Notes under the pieces: generated by a model | What the model was told of the DNA's origin: nothing | Databases searched by the model: none | What the model saw: only the letters and a program-made list of their open reading frames with translations | Shown here: in pieces, positions 47,001-52,481 of the stretch | How the letters are laid out: every line of letters begins with the position of its first letter | Position numbering within the stretch: the stretch's first letter is position 1 | Translations under genes and position numbers: made by a program | Assembly (NCBI GenBank): GCA_023396095.1 | Contig: JAEWXG010000012.1 | Coordinates: 97,718 to 161,717 of the forward strand | Direction: 5' to 3' | Source of the DNA: Bacillota bacterium | GTDB lineage: Bacteria; Bacillota; Clostridia; Christensenellales; UBA3700 | DNA: 64,000 bases

Positions 47001-48703
47001 CTAATATCACTTCTAATTTTTAATTTAAAGCCATGAACCCCAGCAGAAATAGTAAATGTCTTGTCGGACAAATTTTGTATTAGATACTTAAAAGTATTTG
47101 TAGTTTTATATTGATTATACGCACTCTTTAAAGTTTCTTGTTCTACAGAAACTAATATACTACTTAATTTTGTTGTATATAGTTTTTCAATTGCTTCAAC
47201 CGAAAGATTTTTGCCTTCTTCAGCAACTCCCAACATTGCATAGAATTTATTATTTAAATTATCAATGCTACCTACATTCTCAGCAATCTTATTGTGTAAT
47301 AATTCTTTTTTCCTCTCTTCTGTTGCCAAATTATATGATCTCAATTCATTGGCATCAAAAAGCATTAACTCTGCAAGAGTAATAGTTCTATCTTCTTTTG
47401 TTTGCAAATCAATTGCTAGTTGCAAATCAAGTTTTCCAAAATTAAATTCATTTCCATTATCAATTAACTCTTCAACATTATTGAATGCTGTTTCAATATC
47501 TTCCGGGAAGGAAATTTGAATGTCAGCAGCGTTTAAAGAATCTTCGATAAAAAATCTCGTATTAGACGTTCTAAATTCCAATTGTGTTTTTTCTGAAGAT
47601 TCTTCACCTAAATATTTATCAAACACGGCTTTTTGTCTTGATTTACCAATCGATTCTATACTTCCATCTTTTGCTAAAACAAAGTAGAAGTTAGAATTAT
47701 TTAGTGTTACAGGATAATGCTTTAAATCTTCTATAGTCAAACCTTTTGGAGGCTGGTTATTTTTCTCATCATATTTTTTAATAAATGCGTTTACAAGAGT
47801 ATTTATACTTCCTATTTCATCTAGTTTATCTCCTAAAAGATTTTCAACTAGTTGAGGAACTTTAGCTATAACAGGAAGCATTGCATTAACAAATTTACCC
47901 AAATTAAATCCCATATCATATCTTGTTAACTCTGGGTTATCTGGAACTTGTGACACCTTAACTTCTGTATTGAAAATAATCGGGAAAATAACTGGTCCTA
48001 TAAACTCTAACAATTTGATAGAATTTCCATCAACATTCAAAGTAATATCCCCTGACAATATATCAGAGGCAATTTTTCTAAAATACTCATCAAATCCATA
48101 GCGGCTAAAATAATAATAAATCTTATTAAGTTGAACATCTGAAATATATAGAGGCTTTAATGTGCTACCAGCACCATTAAATATTTTGAACAATAATTTT
48201 CCTTCTTTATAGTAAAATCCAAAAACACGTTGGTCAGGATCTAAAGATTTTGTTGAAAAGACTTCAATTGAAACTTCATTTTTGTCTGCTGTTAAATCAT
48301 TCGGGTTGCTTGCATCTAATTCAAGTGAGGCTGTTGTTATTATTCGGGTTTGAGTAGTTTCTCCATTCTTATCTTCTTGAATTATGGTTTCAACTTTTTG
48401 GTTCAGTTTGTTGTTCCCATTTTTCATAAAGTTTTCAACAACTGGCCCTTGTGAAATTTTTAAACCATTAAGCAATTTCTTAAAAGCATCATATGGCTTA
48501 ATCGAATTAGCATCGATTGATTGCTTACTTTTATCAGCTGTTACATTTCCAGTAATCTCAACACCTTCTCCTAACAAAGATTTGTAAATTTCATTAGGGT
48601 CTGTTGACGCCTGTTTTTTGTTGCAAGCTGTCAATACAAACACTGACATTAAAACAACTAATAGAATTGATATTGCTACGAAAATTTTAGATTTTTGTCT
48701 CAT
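32057..48703 (-). CDS. giant surface protein (5,548 aa): N-terminal lipoprotein signal, ~10 cryptic large modules, beta-rich/MBG-like C-terminal third, C-terminal TM anchor
   Basis: A single uninterrupted ORF. Start set at ATG 48703 after a GGGGAGG RBS (MRQKSKIFVAISILLVVLMSVFVLTAC). C-terminus: LLMTFVSIISIAVIGLGIMV-RIKTKKIKK. MBG-like segments are SKKAIKIRIGRMLKYYGQD and LVRKPGEKKGEYRYSLGTLSVDTTKYELVF. Confidence 0.85.
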   Translation of the reverse strand: MRQKSKIFVAISILLVVLMSVFVLTACNKKQASTDPNEIYKSLLGEGVEITGNVTADKSKQSIDANSIKPYDAFKKLLNGLKISQGPVVENFMKNGNNKLNQKVETIIQEDKNGETTQTRIITTASLELDASNPNDLTADKNEVSIEVFSTKSLDPDQRVFGFYYKEGKLLFKIFNGAGSTLKPLYISDVQLNKIYYYFSRYGFDEYFRKIASDILSGDITLNVDGNSIKLLEFIGPVIFPIIFNTEVKVSQVPDNPELTRYDMGFNLGKFVNAMLPVIAKVPQLVENLLGDKLDEIGSINTLVNAFIKKYDEKNNQPPKGLTIEDLKHYPVTLNNSNFYFVLAKDGSIESIGKSRQKAVFDKYLGEESSEKTQLEFRTSNTRFFIEDSLNAADIQISFPEDIETAFNNVEELIDNGNEFNFGKLDLQLAIDLQTKEDRTITLAELMLFDANELRSYNLATEERKKELLHNKIAENVGSIDNLNNKFYAMLGVAEEGKNLSVEAIEKLYTTKLSSILVSVEQETLKSAYNQYKTTNTFKYLIQNLSDKTFTISAGVHGFKLKIRSDIRLNANIHKSTLSVELTDTSDNNLVLIGVYLLPSTSVGYSDVLLDLSGIGMPKVMIGSIDLKSLIYNPFLQKMSSFLRDLSSKGLIGFIMGMVAEKKNSGNQDVTKEDVQASLNNQNSASVKNLKLMILNDGKDKQVIFNEANKLQAIQSMAMGPNGDLKLLDYIAAIVNDSSIDGGMLNLVLSQENLSGVLRSIKNLSKDNNGTTGLMLGLINNLIDNSIKDIRLSVGVQGVQGEEQLESWSNIAGKLQISVAFQDDDESQPANTRVSLGIEKLQLFFYPGEDYKARMDIVKTARDNGEFLKLTELKKVIVSTKIRLLVQSGQAGNLELIQFLKNLSPELKDKLEKSEDVFFKGKPNHDFSLDITATEGFDLAIQISIELSARINALEDFGVTEEAFKNLASFAGLKVLFSKVSPEKLLKQINAKIQIDISKSINAVISGTQWRDNPEWDRYDGKPFLTLMYDSEVIQNNGNINGDGTLYIDFGDTTLPDLKQNVNLVQLINEKLKTLGAKEKSSNKEIVNDASGEIAGQENAGNITNTEEKKKEKAKIDAASMILGVIGGISFTSREFQITLANTALGVILKTALAGVKDSNGNPVVINEESLPKAKISFGMSYSTTGIGINLALTDILFSDTVNQTGGMKILLSISDLHIAVSTAESTNYVPDSEKDKYTSIDELVTEFNLDKIVNDYETSGGTKGKYVAVNLALRTNFILGNTNGDDFLHHSYQQLYDKLEELIQNANPDVINEETKKIFSNLSGYLHLDSPGRELIFNMYITGRVNISKLLSGVKKMQTKNVDPVVVAKAKSDGLKDVISSLNIAISLQFSISENQTMPDRMLTLYIDGDNLKVYGRLYTNLQLEGQTVNDSKLMINLSGDNWTAFERLFLAPKSDSSNSLSGNAAMAKADGEESVATNVLTAFKDYLTPLLNNLKGLMQGQNILGLLSAVRIGQQGIAIVTSAEVLRVIMEAVGIEDTDVGIDVILALGVNLFPKEGGLVGINLNAEVKNDEKTLFQVDIGIPYVGAGLDFSNISDDDPNKKARIDKMLPINQLGEERFLGMQFLNGRLSSYPDILKSGANNMRIGATLALNVDTTNPGEIVSSALKEVMENFGLNIPNLNSNFSMDKDEKLVLDFMIDIPLSKIANKIFNEIKKSEYSLEELKNPAVKEKLKNALVKGIIEALLNGAKIKIAIRIENPITHYTNNLLVVYYEGPSIGDFIFIQSSLLGIEENGLKINGAPKKIVPLIVDILSKKYYEESDGGVYYTSSNNTESIALELITKLLNRGASVDEQQPTVSTFVELINGKLSFRIKSILIQGLLQIFGVDLNGIALYRFVNTIGLDVEQKSNDTTWGVYVGITGIKDGQYTDSIRGKLELYNLFISIQKIGGELVPTQNATNISLTSLNPQYVSFKVQLGLGVSGSLSNIEWNPTINLLATILKYIDGVNITEENMNKIKTELLKFIGNKVNDSVSLDDKYALEISARINIQDIFRYFERLDIAKKEIVEVPGTYEYLKAQEKAKLSTNFQLSYASLGLTLKKKDRGEFKRLFGLIYDSNIYVNEMSNGQIIKVPHQGLIFRGSDPDTKVRNKDGDLVDFNFLSGEDIFLNFDNLGLDLISTINSAVVKSNKAKLTALNNDELVIGGNTNSSTTGNETNETKMTADEVISLLDKITSNIATINIVDKSTRAKYSDSIRALEESLNSGTLTAEAAEKIRVQIESLRKALNNGQTLSVATTYMNIQGLLLEIANRAASAAFLGDAIREFEEQNPGAELNCVKATANLAFPLNIELGLEFNKVGTQEPGFGISVSVGGIAINVDRTLREGIYDNQMIANLKPAKDLNLDLSTSINLYLKSPEYLFSPNLAFEADSPMSILSRLKTEIKMGSGFSDNPKHVKISVKARVNFGDIFDQVSARNYKSKVMLIIDVSGYESPIIIYTNLNDILIDLSAFNMPKFKITDLDLLTIIKGAIQSAIDQKEVSAAQSNASQSSSNTSSQSNGIDKLLKILGYIKEVDTENDDYTHIELEPNMLSALFRSLMKLESGLDDFTRIYLDLYKTTINYGYGFDVSGIHLGFERTLGGFTTPDGVTYAGGDFGMDVVIGRVPGFVDEEQVETKLGLYYVGDTSIIGQTVHFDINEDEYIPYHSLALKLRAETEIKFKSEGKPFMDIGGLLALVFNSLGKGYTQEDIQALQEDSAYTNVSSLFKVMNKLNTTNDISSVSGVYSKTDEGVETIFRGYLNADIPLSEIFTTTSVNNSKLKIQLLVVEDSANSETNTVEQRTVLNILYSQEDKMLAVEFPILGISGVKLENFDLLGLIKGNLKVQQFIESLAEMSTSAKATSAQKMAKDETKGAGQAVLRVSVLQEGIDLSINSSVISLILEVIENKLIEDVNNAVSEADKKAAQDKKEMFGYIKDAIPTMSEIALKYVRPNNSQTGGESGKAEIKIVVEQGVKNETGVMTVELTAFLNNRPGTAFKVIDSCNAKKPEYATFYDQDPIQEIEDNKLSKFSSLSFDKLMSIVNGAPFAANLPIRKIDLGFDATLDIKLTNDSNSIIKKLFEILDKELLKTTNYESGFIINEGKEYNFKLEARAILDFDSPTAFKNNSGVKLVVKDNEQVIMAITYIAKDNAIYIDLEKLGLMKIKMTGINLLAIMGPTLFPENASFITRMAMSGATPEEIADYNKIRTELDIRSELINNASGAVSGIRTKVVVKINDTFIKKFIERIAYKKINDLLVANSADYNPGTQQFNDPENQKVLDAQNKLLEYLNNFSFNDIMLAFAVKTELNGTTLESGIDFVKLVIDLENKKDGGRIYNTEDFANSNQTTVPSKGYIKLEAKNFKFREFIGNNGIYTNINDIIPTQAEAGEYAALSMGDLKALAIAKDKTNLRALIFNVIQLITGADGADFLNLSITNNSSYNGDTSKRSLFVKAKRDNTEFTRTVGAQGSVKSGIKVVINGPDGSDVNAYLSVDQIIIKINSLPGTTGVVSGLMPIITGLRIGLGPMLRDKLGAAFNPQEEVTTTPDDPIIEDQGEFEKYTYSPGHGINSQLAIGDDGNLLRFLWSGYNYHYTKMIPISQLEKITIEGGQWQASHNKDMYLAFWDKEGKYIGYHKEGSRTYYLQNGTVITKEWLQNNVQSISGGSSYNANNIGFLTIYDWVEGNQDLKKLTIVLKKKKATPPNVKNEDGKVDISKIIKSIQINAKDPQIIKFADNSVIGSANDTSIVVNLVPTFVTELINFANGSLFKLMGYPVAAGGDDSKMVVNTISAFVLSMITSLNGSAMQFSNQVENILPAVVKLVKAVFPLPSVQNGRVVEEAYAKVLLEKPTSGSSKIFRAIQIKITTSASGGGNEETIEVLLDNNGGIKIDKVTSATQISVLNPEGTIESDIYSATAISKTMADMNLPQTTTATIQNKYSSYGHTSHKMDIAWVQDESQGAIVLDPTQETTEANNNYLVYKPYVTDVEVSTNSTVKIKLGKNAVRKANIKDGKFEVYVKINEVWEVFDYSKFQNILPGQRKLVINPYIASITDIGIQMVNGNNELVDGKTEVEIGGATKKLYVFSAQGASTKFNFDISMIPQKINDYFDESSNLKNGKFSLTYGNGIVKNVMLEIPYTLSAISLDEEKIIQGLRDYLKEITKTEISGGQFSYNDPSKWNAGLIVKLQSKKALANKIQFIGDPYGSDYKFSGSAFLPLRVTIENIDVEYLDDGSIVTPGLTNTIGTDIVENVILGLYVPPYRPVRIHLKNVIVTASATLNDKETAEIGEFKLLETLKLDLYPPYDVKKYSSLNQSLSQSMSGAGYAVATNRVFTMNAIYSQPMSGINYASGVNELNSFVSEQSMSKAGGTKKQIPISFKADTKTLSDLYSSDPIFTKQLKASDVTTLMRFDADDLESKILGTINDNKLAMWITKIGNSSVSGDNADDRINSINTILQSDEFKNGEEVLTYEQLKNIIKCTVQFQLMSAIKNEYEEGKYYYVFRNTDNGKISIKFTFNNDSSSPFIVSKDADESVNPINKIVQADVEFTAPKATKWNQLVGTGYAADSIDIFYRNTINGFRKVESGKDQALENITKINGASADIANIKQYFTIIGTEEKGFDSFSDVNIDWTTWDSTMTYPEGTNTFARIIKEKSNGYFNFSMTDGTGTYRTNELNKLLAYSMSFELFKNSFNSDGTRLAITTLPGTIKFDKGKLTFIDEKDVELKDLLGINETSYYLTSYNTKQDFINALTTFKVGDYTFNRYILRMKSLANYEFANNGWAEDDFDEEKIRLLSGNDLITFKSKYDAKEKFITSRLGAVSVFVFKNESNPNFATLNDGTSGQLRLQVTNKGAVKFMTLGDNLVVNTKLNVDKAAQVNNGDNFDVSTLKIKANIVKGQLNLYAVSRTSTGDTRVLMSEYSDNLVAVDTYLSNKQEIFGAIELTPVYDWGLDAWEKDVLGNYVVKKSGEDLDGYQISSFALKYGDENITANFDIKFSTELKQGVDWNGDTVPEQLKFTIMPKTINISVVLPEDRVIKLPYLSKQPSYQIEGYYDKYFEVIPKVLVNGSSDLSKLQYGMQYPAELDLSTIILKSNVTLTPEQEDVIKKNFIFVNKTQESPWYISVVKRKVYLDYKDVATTYSNEVISLEDILILSDKDKGRIFDEYLAYDKLFKVFKLTINGIKVDLNVPSAYQRDGEGNVYINALRINNLGAGTHVVTVDINKTLLANEPFEIVKGNKAEVNISVSKKAIKIRIGRMLKYYGQDIDTDKIPITFVGGGLVEWNEYEAFGDEIKVVPYKDTISALGLKYYWKEDVGMQMITLTDSESDNYEIDVDETNQYPGEMDIRKTIIRLHFKAKMSKYISQDDPEVDPLELIFLGNDVLKAIEEEDEAKLDELYEQGWFEIELNSDVFSGQLVRKPGEKKGEYRYSLGTLSVDTTKYELVFVDSDGKVLANGIEGDKNAALVIINNPKALAPQSVKLLMTFVSIISIAVIGLGIMVRIKTKKIKKANTNNKEAQ

Positions 48704-48747
48704 AATAGCCTCCCCGAAAGACATTAACCTTAATTAATATGTATATA

Positions 48748-48775
48748 TATTTTATCAAGAAAAAAAATTAAGTCA
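48748..48775 (-). promoter_or_regulatory. promoter candidate for the giant gene
   Basis: Minus strand: TTGACT (48775-48770), 16-nt spacer, TGaTAAAAT extended -10 (48756-48748), about 45 nt before the ATG. Confidence 0.5.
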
Positions 48776-48922
48776 ATTTTACAATGTAAATTTTTTAACC
48801 TAACTAATCTTGCTTCTTTTAAAAATTCAGCCCAAAATAAGACTTTTTAAGCGCTTTTAATTGTAAAAAATGTGTAAAGATTGTAAAAAAAGATGAAAAA
48901 AATTTTTTGAAAATTCTATCAT

Positions 48923-49747
48923 TTAAGCATAAAAAGCTTTTGCTAGAATACCAATTTTAACATTCTCGTTGACTATAACAAATTTCCCGTTTTCTATTTT
49001 CCCATAATCGTCTATAATATCAATTTTAAATGCAATTTTGGCAAATAGATACTTTTGAGGAGTTCCTCTCGGATTCCCATTGTCATCAACAAATTGAAGT
49101 TCAACATAATTTCCTTGTATCCTATATGTACCTAATAATTTATCATAAACATCTTCATTGGTTGTATTTTTAGCAAATACTTTTCCTTGCTCAAAAAGTG
49201 CGACATTTGAACTAGAATTCCCCGAAGGAATAACATAATATCCCTCAATAGTAGTTAAACTTTCATTGCTTTTTTGTATTCTAATTGCAGTTATATGCTC
49301 ATTTTTAATTAGATAGTTTTCGAATTTTGTAATCTCTGTATAATTTTCTTGCAAAGATTTTGCTAATGCCTGCAATGCAGATTTAATCGCAGGATTGTTT
49401 TCTTTCTCAATCAAATTGTTTATATTTTTTAAGTTATTATTTAGAATGGATGCATCATATGTCATGTACAATACATTGTTTTTCTTGTCATAATTATAGT
49501 TCCCATGATTTACTGAACCACTCTCCTGACTATAAATTTCTTGAAATCTTTTTTCGTTTTCAAACTTGATATACATATTAGATTTTTCAAACATCTGCTG
49601 AGAATCATTAAAGGTGTATAAAAAGTACTTATGTCTTATCCTTAAATTAATTGTTGAACACGACAAAAAAGTCGCTACAACAAATATGGCAACAAAAAAA
49701 ACACATATGAGCCTCATCGTTGCAGAATTTTTTATTTTTTCTTTCAT
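48923..49747 (-). CDS. orphan lipoprotein (274 aa) upstream of the giant gene
   Basis: Hydrophobic signal followed by FLSC (a relaxed lipobox). No recognisable family and no clear RBS. Confidence 0.55.
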   Translation of the reverse strand: MKEKIKNSATMRLICVFFVAIFVVATFLSCSTINLRIRHKYFLYTFNDSQQMFEKSNMYIKFENEKRFQEIYSQESGSVNHGNYNYDKKNNVLYMTYDASILNNNLKNINNLIEKENNPAIKSALQALAKSLQENYTEITKFENYLIKNEHITAIRIQKSNESLTTIEGYYVIPSGNSSSNVALFEQGKVFAKNTTNEDVYDKLLGTYRIQGNYVELQFVDDNGNPRGTPQKYLFAKIAFKIDIIDDYGKIENGKFVIVNENVKIGILAKAFYA

Positions 49748-49834
49748 ACTACTAATATATCCATTTTGTTTTCTAATGTCAATTATTCAAAAATATGCAC
49801 TTATTACGATACATATAGCATATTTTTTTAAAAA

Positions 49835-49863
49835 TTGACATTTACGGCTTTGTTATTTAAAAT
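49835..49863 (+). promoter_or_regulatory. promoter candidate for degV
   Basis: TTGACA (49835-49840), 17-nt spacer, TAAAAT (49858-49863), 43 nt before the ATG. AGGAG RBS. Confidence 0.55.
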
Positions 49864-49905
49864 TAAATAGAAGACAAACTCTAGTATGTTTGTAAAGGAG
49901 TTTTT

Positions 49906-50781
49906 ATGAGTTATTATATAACTACTGATTCTTGTAGCGATGTTTCAAAGCATTTTATTGAAAAATTTGGTTCTAAAAATTTTGCTATTGCGCCCATAAC
50001 TTATGTTGTTAATGGGCAATTGTATGATATTGAAAATACAAAACTTGATGAGAAAACTTTTTACAATATGATGCGAGACAACGCGACTATTTCAACATCC
50101 CTAATTAATACATTTAGCGCGGAAATTTTCTTTAAAGGTATATTAGAGCAAGGATTTGATATAATTCACCTTTCTTTTTCTTCTGGAATCAGTGGAACAT
50201 TTGAGTCAGTAACAGTTGCGGCAAATAATCTTAAAAAAGAGTTTCCTGATAGAAAAATCGTTGTTATTGATAGTAAATTAGCCAGTCTTGGTTTAGGTTT
50301 ATTATTTTATTACACTTTGAAAAAAAGAGACTCTGGCGCTTCTTTTGAGCAGTGTGCAGAATACGCAACCAATCTATCAAGTAAAATTAATGCTATTTTT
50401 ATTGTTGACGACCTAAAACATTTGCAAAAAACGGGCCGTGTTTCGAAAGCCGAAGCCTTCATAGGAACCGCATTGCAAATTAAGCCAATTTTACATATGG
50501 ATGATGCCGGAAAGCTTATCCCTGTATTTAAAACGGTATCTAAGAAAAAAGCACTTAAACTTCTTGCTGAAAAAACCAATGAAAAAATTTCAATTAAAGA
50601 AAATGAAATGATTTTCATCTCGCATGGGGATTCAGAAGAGGATGCAAAATATCTCTCAAATTATATCAATGATACTCTTAAACTTGATTGCTTTATTGAT
50701 TATATCTCACCAACCATAGGAGCACATTCTGGCCCTGGAACAATTGCTATATTCTTCATTGCTCAATCAAGAGCGCTATAG
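49906..50781 (+). CDS. DegV family fatty-acid-binding protein
   Basis: 291 aa: YYITTDSCSDV..., LSFSSGISGTFES, IVDDLKHLQKTGR, HSGPGTIAIFF. This is the typical DegV pattern. Confidence 0.9.
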   Translation: MSYYITTDSCSDVSKHFIEKFGSKNFAIAPITYVVNGQLYDIENTKLDEKTFYNMMRDNATISTSLINTFSAEIFFKGILEQGFDIIHLSFSSGISGTFESVTVAANNLKKEFPDRKIVVIDSKLASLGLGLLFYYTLKKRDSGASFEQCAEYATNLSSKINAIFIVDDLKHLQKTGRVSKAEAFIGTALQIKPILHMDDAGKLIPVFKTVSKKKALKLLAEKTNEKISIKENEMIFISHGDSEEDAKYLSNYINDTLKLDCFIDYISPTIGAHSGPGTIAIFFIAQSRAL

Positions 50782-50816
50782 TATCACGGCAAATATTATT
50801 ATGATAATTATATTAT

Positions 50817-50849
50817 AAAAAGCCATATAATTTAAAAAATGGCTTTTTT
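50817..50849 (+). terminator. intrinsic terminator after degV
   Basis: AAAAGCCAT (50817-50826) pairs with ATGGCTTTT (50839-50847) and runs into a T-run. Confidence 0.65.
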
Positions 50850-50993
50850 AATTACATTAAATAAAATATTAAATTTTCTAAATTAGGTGAAATATAATAA
50901 TATAATAACAAAATTGTTCTCGCCTAGAAAAATTAATACGATATTTGAGGAATGACATTGAATATTTTTAACTTAATAAAATATATTTAAAAT

Positions 50994-51638
50994 TTAGTTG
51001 TTACTTTCATCTTTATCGTTGGGTTTTATAGCATTTGCTTTTCTTGATTTAACAACCGCTTTAATGATATAAACTGTAATTAAAATAAATATGCAAACAA
51101 ATAGCCCCCATAAAATATAATCGACATACTCTTTAAACAACAATGACAATCCTGTCATTAATAAAACAGCTACAATATTACCACACGCAATTGATAACAA
51201 CGCTTTAAAATACGGTAATCCTAAAAACGATGCAACAGCAGAACCAGACCAAGTTCCTGTAACAGGAATTGGGACTGCAACAAATAAAAACAAACCTACT
51301 AATTGTTTCATTTTTCTTTTTTCTATAATGTTCGATTCAATTTTATTATTTATTTTGTTTGCTTTTTCAGTAAACAAATTTTCAATAGCAAGCGCTAATT
51401 TTGAAAAAATTTTAATTTTTTTCAAAACCTTCAATATAGGGATCAATAGCAATAAAACTATAGGTACTATTAAGGTACTACCTATCCAAGTATATAACAT
51501 GATTGCCCAATTTTGCATTCCAAAAGCAACAGCCACAGGAATAGCTCCCCGGACCTCAATCATAGGGATCATAGAAATTAAAATTACAACCAGTCTTGGA
51601 TCTACATCTTTAAAAAAATTAACTATTGATTCCGTCAA
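50994..51638 (-). CDS. membrane protein, small multidrug export (Sm_multidrug_ex/COG2426)-like
   Basis: 214 aa, polytopic. MIPMIEVRGAIPVAVAFGM resembles the conserved N-terminal motif of that family (recall only). Confidence 0.5.
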   Translation of the reverse strand: MTESIVNFFKDVDPRLVVILISMIPMIEVRGAIPVAVAFGMQNWAIMLYTWIGSTLIVPIVLLLLIPILKVLKKIKIFSKLALAIENLFTEKANKINNKIESNIIEKRKMKQLVGLFLFVAVPIPVTGTWSGSAVASFLGLPYFKALLSIACGNIVAVLLMTGLSLLFKEYVDYILWGLFVCIFILITVYIIKAVVKSRKANAIKPNDKDESNN

Positions 51639-51717
51639 AATTCACACCTATAAATTGCAAAGATATGCAATTTTTGTTAATATATTCTAGCAAAATTATA
51701 TTATTCTTTGAGGTATC

Positions 51718-52443
51718 ATGCAACAGGTATTAAGTTTAATGCGTCAAGCCATAGAAAAATATGGAATGATTAATGATGGTGATAAAATTTGTGTCGGCAT
51801 TTCCGGAGGCAAAGACAGTATGCTTCTTGCTACAGCCTTAAAATCATTTCAGCGCTTTTCTCCTAAAAAATTTGAACTAATAGCTATTAATATTGATATG
51901 GGTTTCAAAAATTTAAATATTGAAGAGCTAAATGCAATTATAAATCATTTTAAAAATATTGATTTAGAATTTATTTCAGAAAAAACTGACATTGCTGAAA
52001 TCATTTTTAATATCAGAAAAGAAAAAAATCCTTGTTCATTGTGCTCTAAAATGCGTCGTGGCGCATTAAACACAATTGCCATAAAATATGGTTGCAATAA
52101 AATAGCACTTGGACACCACGCGGACGATATTATCGAAACATTTTATTTAAGTCTTTTTCAAGAAGGGCGACTATCAACATTTATGCCCACATCTTATATG
52201 GATAGATCTAAAATTGAACTAATCAGACCATTCATATTTATGGAAGAAAAAGAAATCAATTGGGCAGTTAAAAGACTCTCTATACCAATTTTACACAATC
52301 CTTGCCCTGCCGACAAACACACAAAAAGGCAAGATATGAAACTTTTAATAAATGAATTAAACGAACGTTTCCCTGATTCAAAAAAATTAACATTAAGAGC
52401 AATTTACAACCCTGAAAGAAATAATTTGTGGCCAAAAAAATAA
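51718..52443 (+). CDS. PP-loop ATPase, TtcA-like tRNA thiolation enzyme family
   Basis: PP-loop VGISGGKDS, CSLCSKMRRG (CxxC) and a late NPCPAD cysteine; 241 aa. Confidence 0.8.
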   Translation: MQQVLSLMRQAIEKYGMINDGDKICVGISGGKDSMLLATALKSFQRFSPKKFELIAINIDMGFKNLNIEELNAIINHFKNIDLEFISEKTDIAEIIFNIRKEKNPCSLCSKMRRGALNTIAIKYGCNKIALGHHADDIIETFYLSLFQEGRLSTFMPTSYMDRSKIELIRPFIFMEEKEINWAVKRLSIPILHNPCPADKHTKRQDMKLLINELNERFPDSKKLTLRAIYNPERNNLWPKK

Positions 52444-52468
52444 CCCAGGCAACCTGAGTCATTTTTTT
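52443..52468 (+). terminator. weak terminator candidate after the ttcA-like gene
   Basis: ACCCAGG-caa-CCTGAGT (one mismatch) followed by caTTTTTTT. Confidence 0.35.
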
Positions 52469-52481
52469 ATCATTGCGATTT

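Noticed and set aside
32142-48587. About twenty plus-strand ORFs of 60-126 aa inside the giant gene (e.g. 32142-32522, 41937-42299, 43953-44243, 39027-39314)
   Set aside because: All lie antisense to one continuous 16.6-kb ORF. They are S/L/F/P-rich, as expected for the shadow of K/E/N/D-rich coding sequence, and they lack RBSs.
48704-48724. Upstream ATGs/GTGs taken as starts by the ORF track (48724 giant gene, 57671, 8536, 4429, 8648, 8838, 20431, 59188)
   Set aside because: In each case a downstream ATG is preceded at 5-11 nt by a GGAGG-like RBS and gives a sensible N-terminus (signal peptide, L27 propeptide and so on). The upstream codon has no RBS or is only 3 nt from it.
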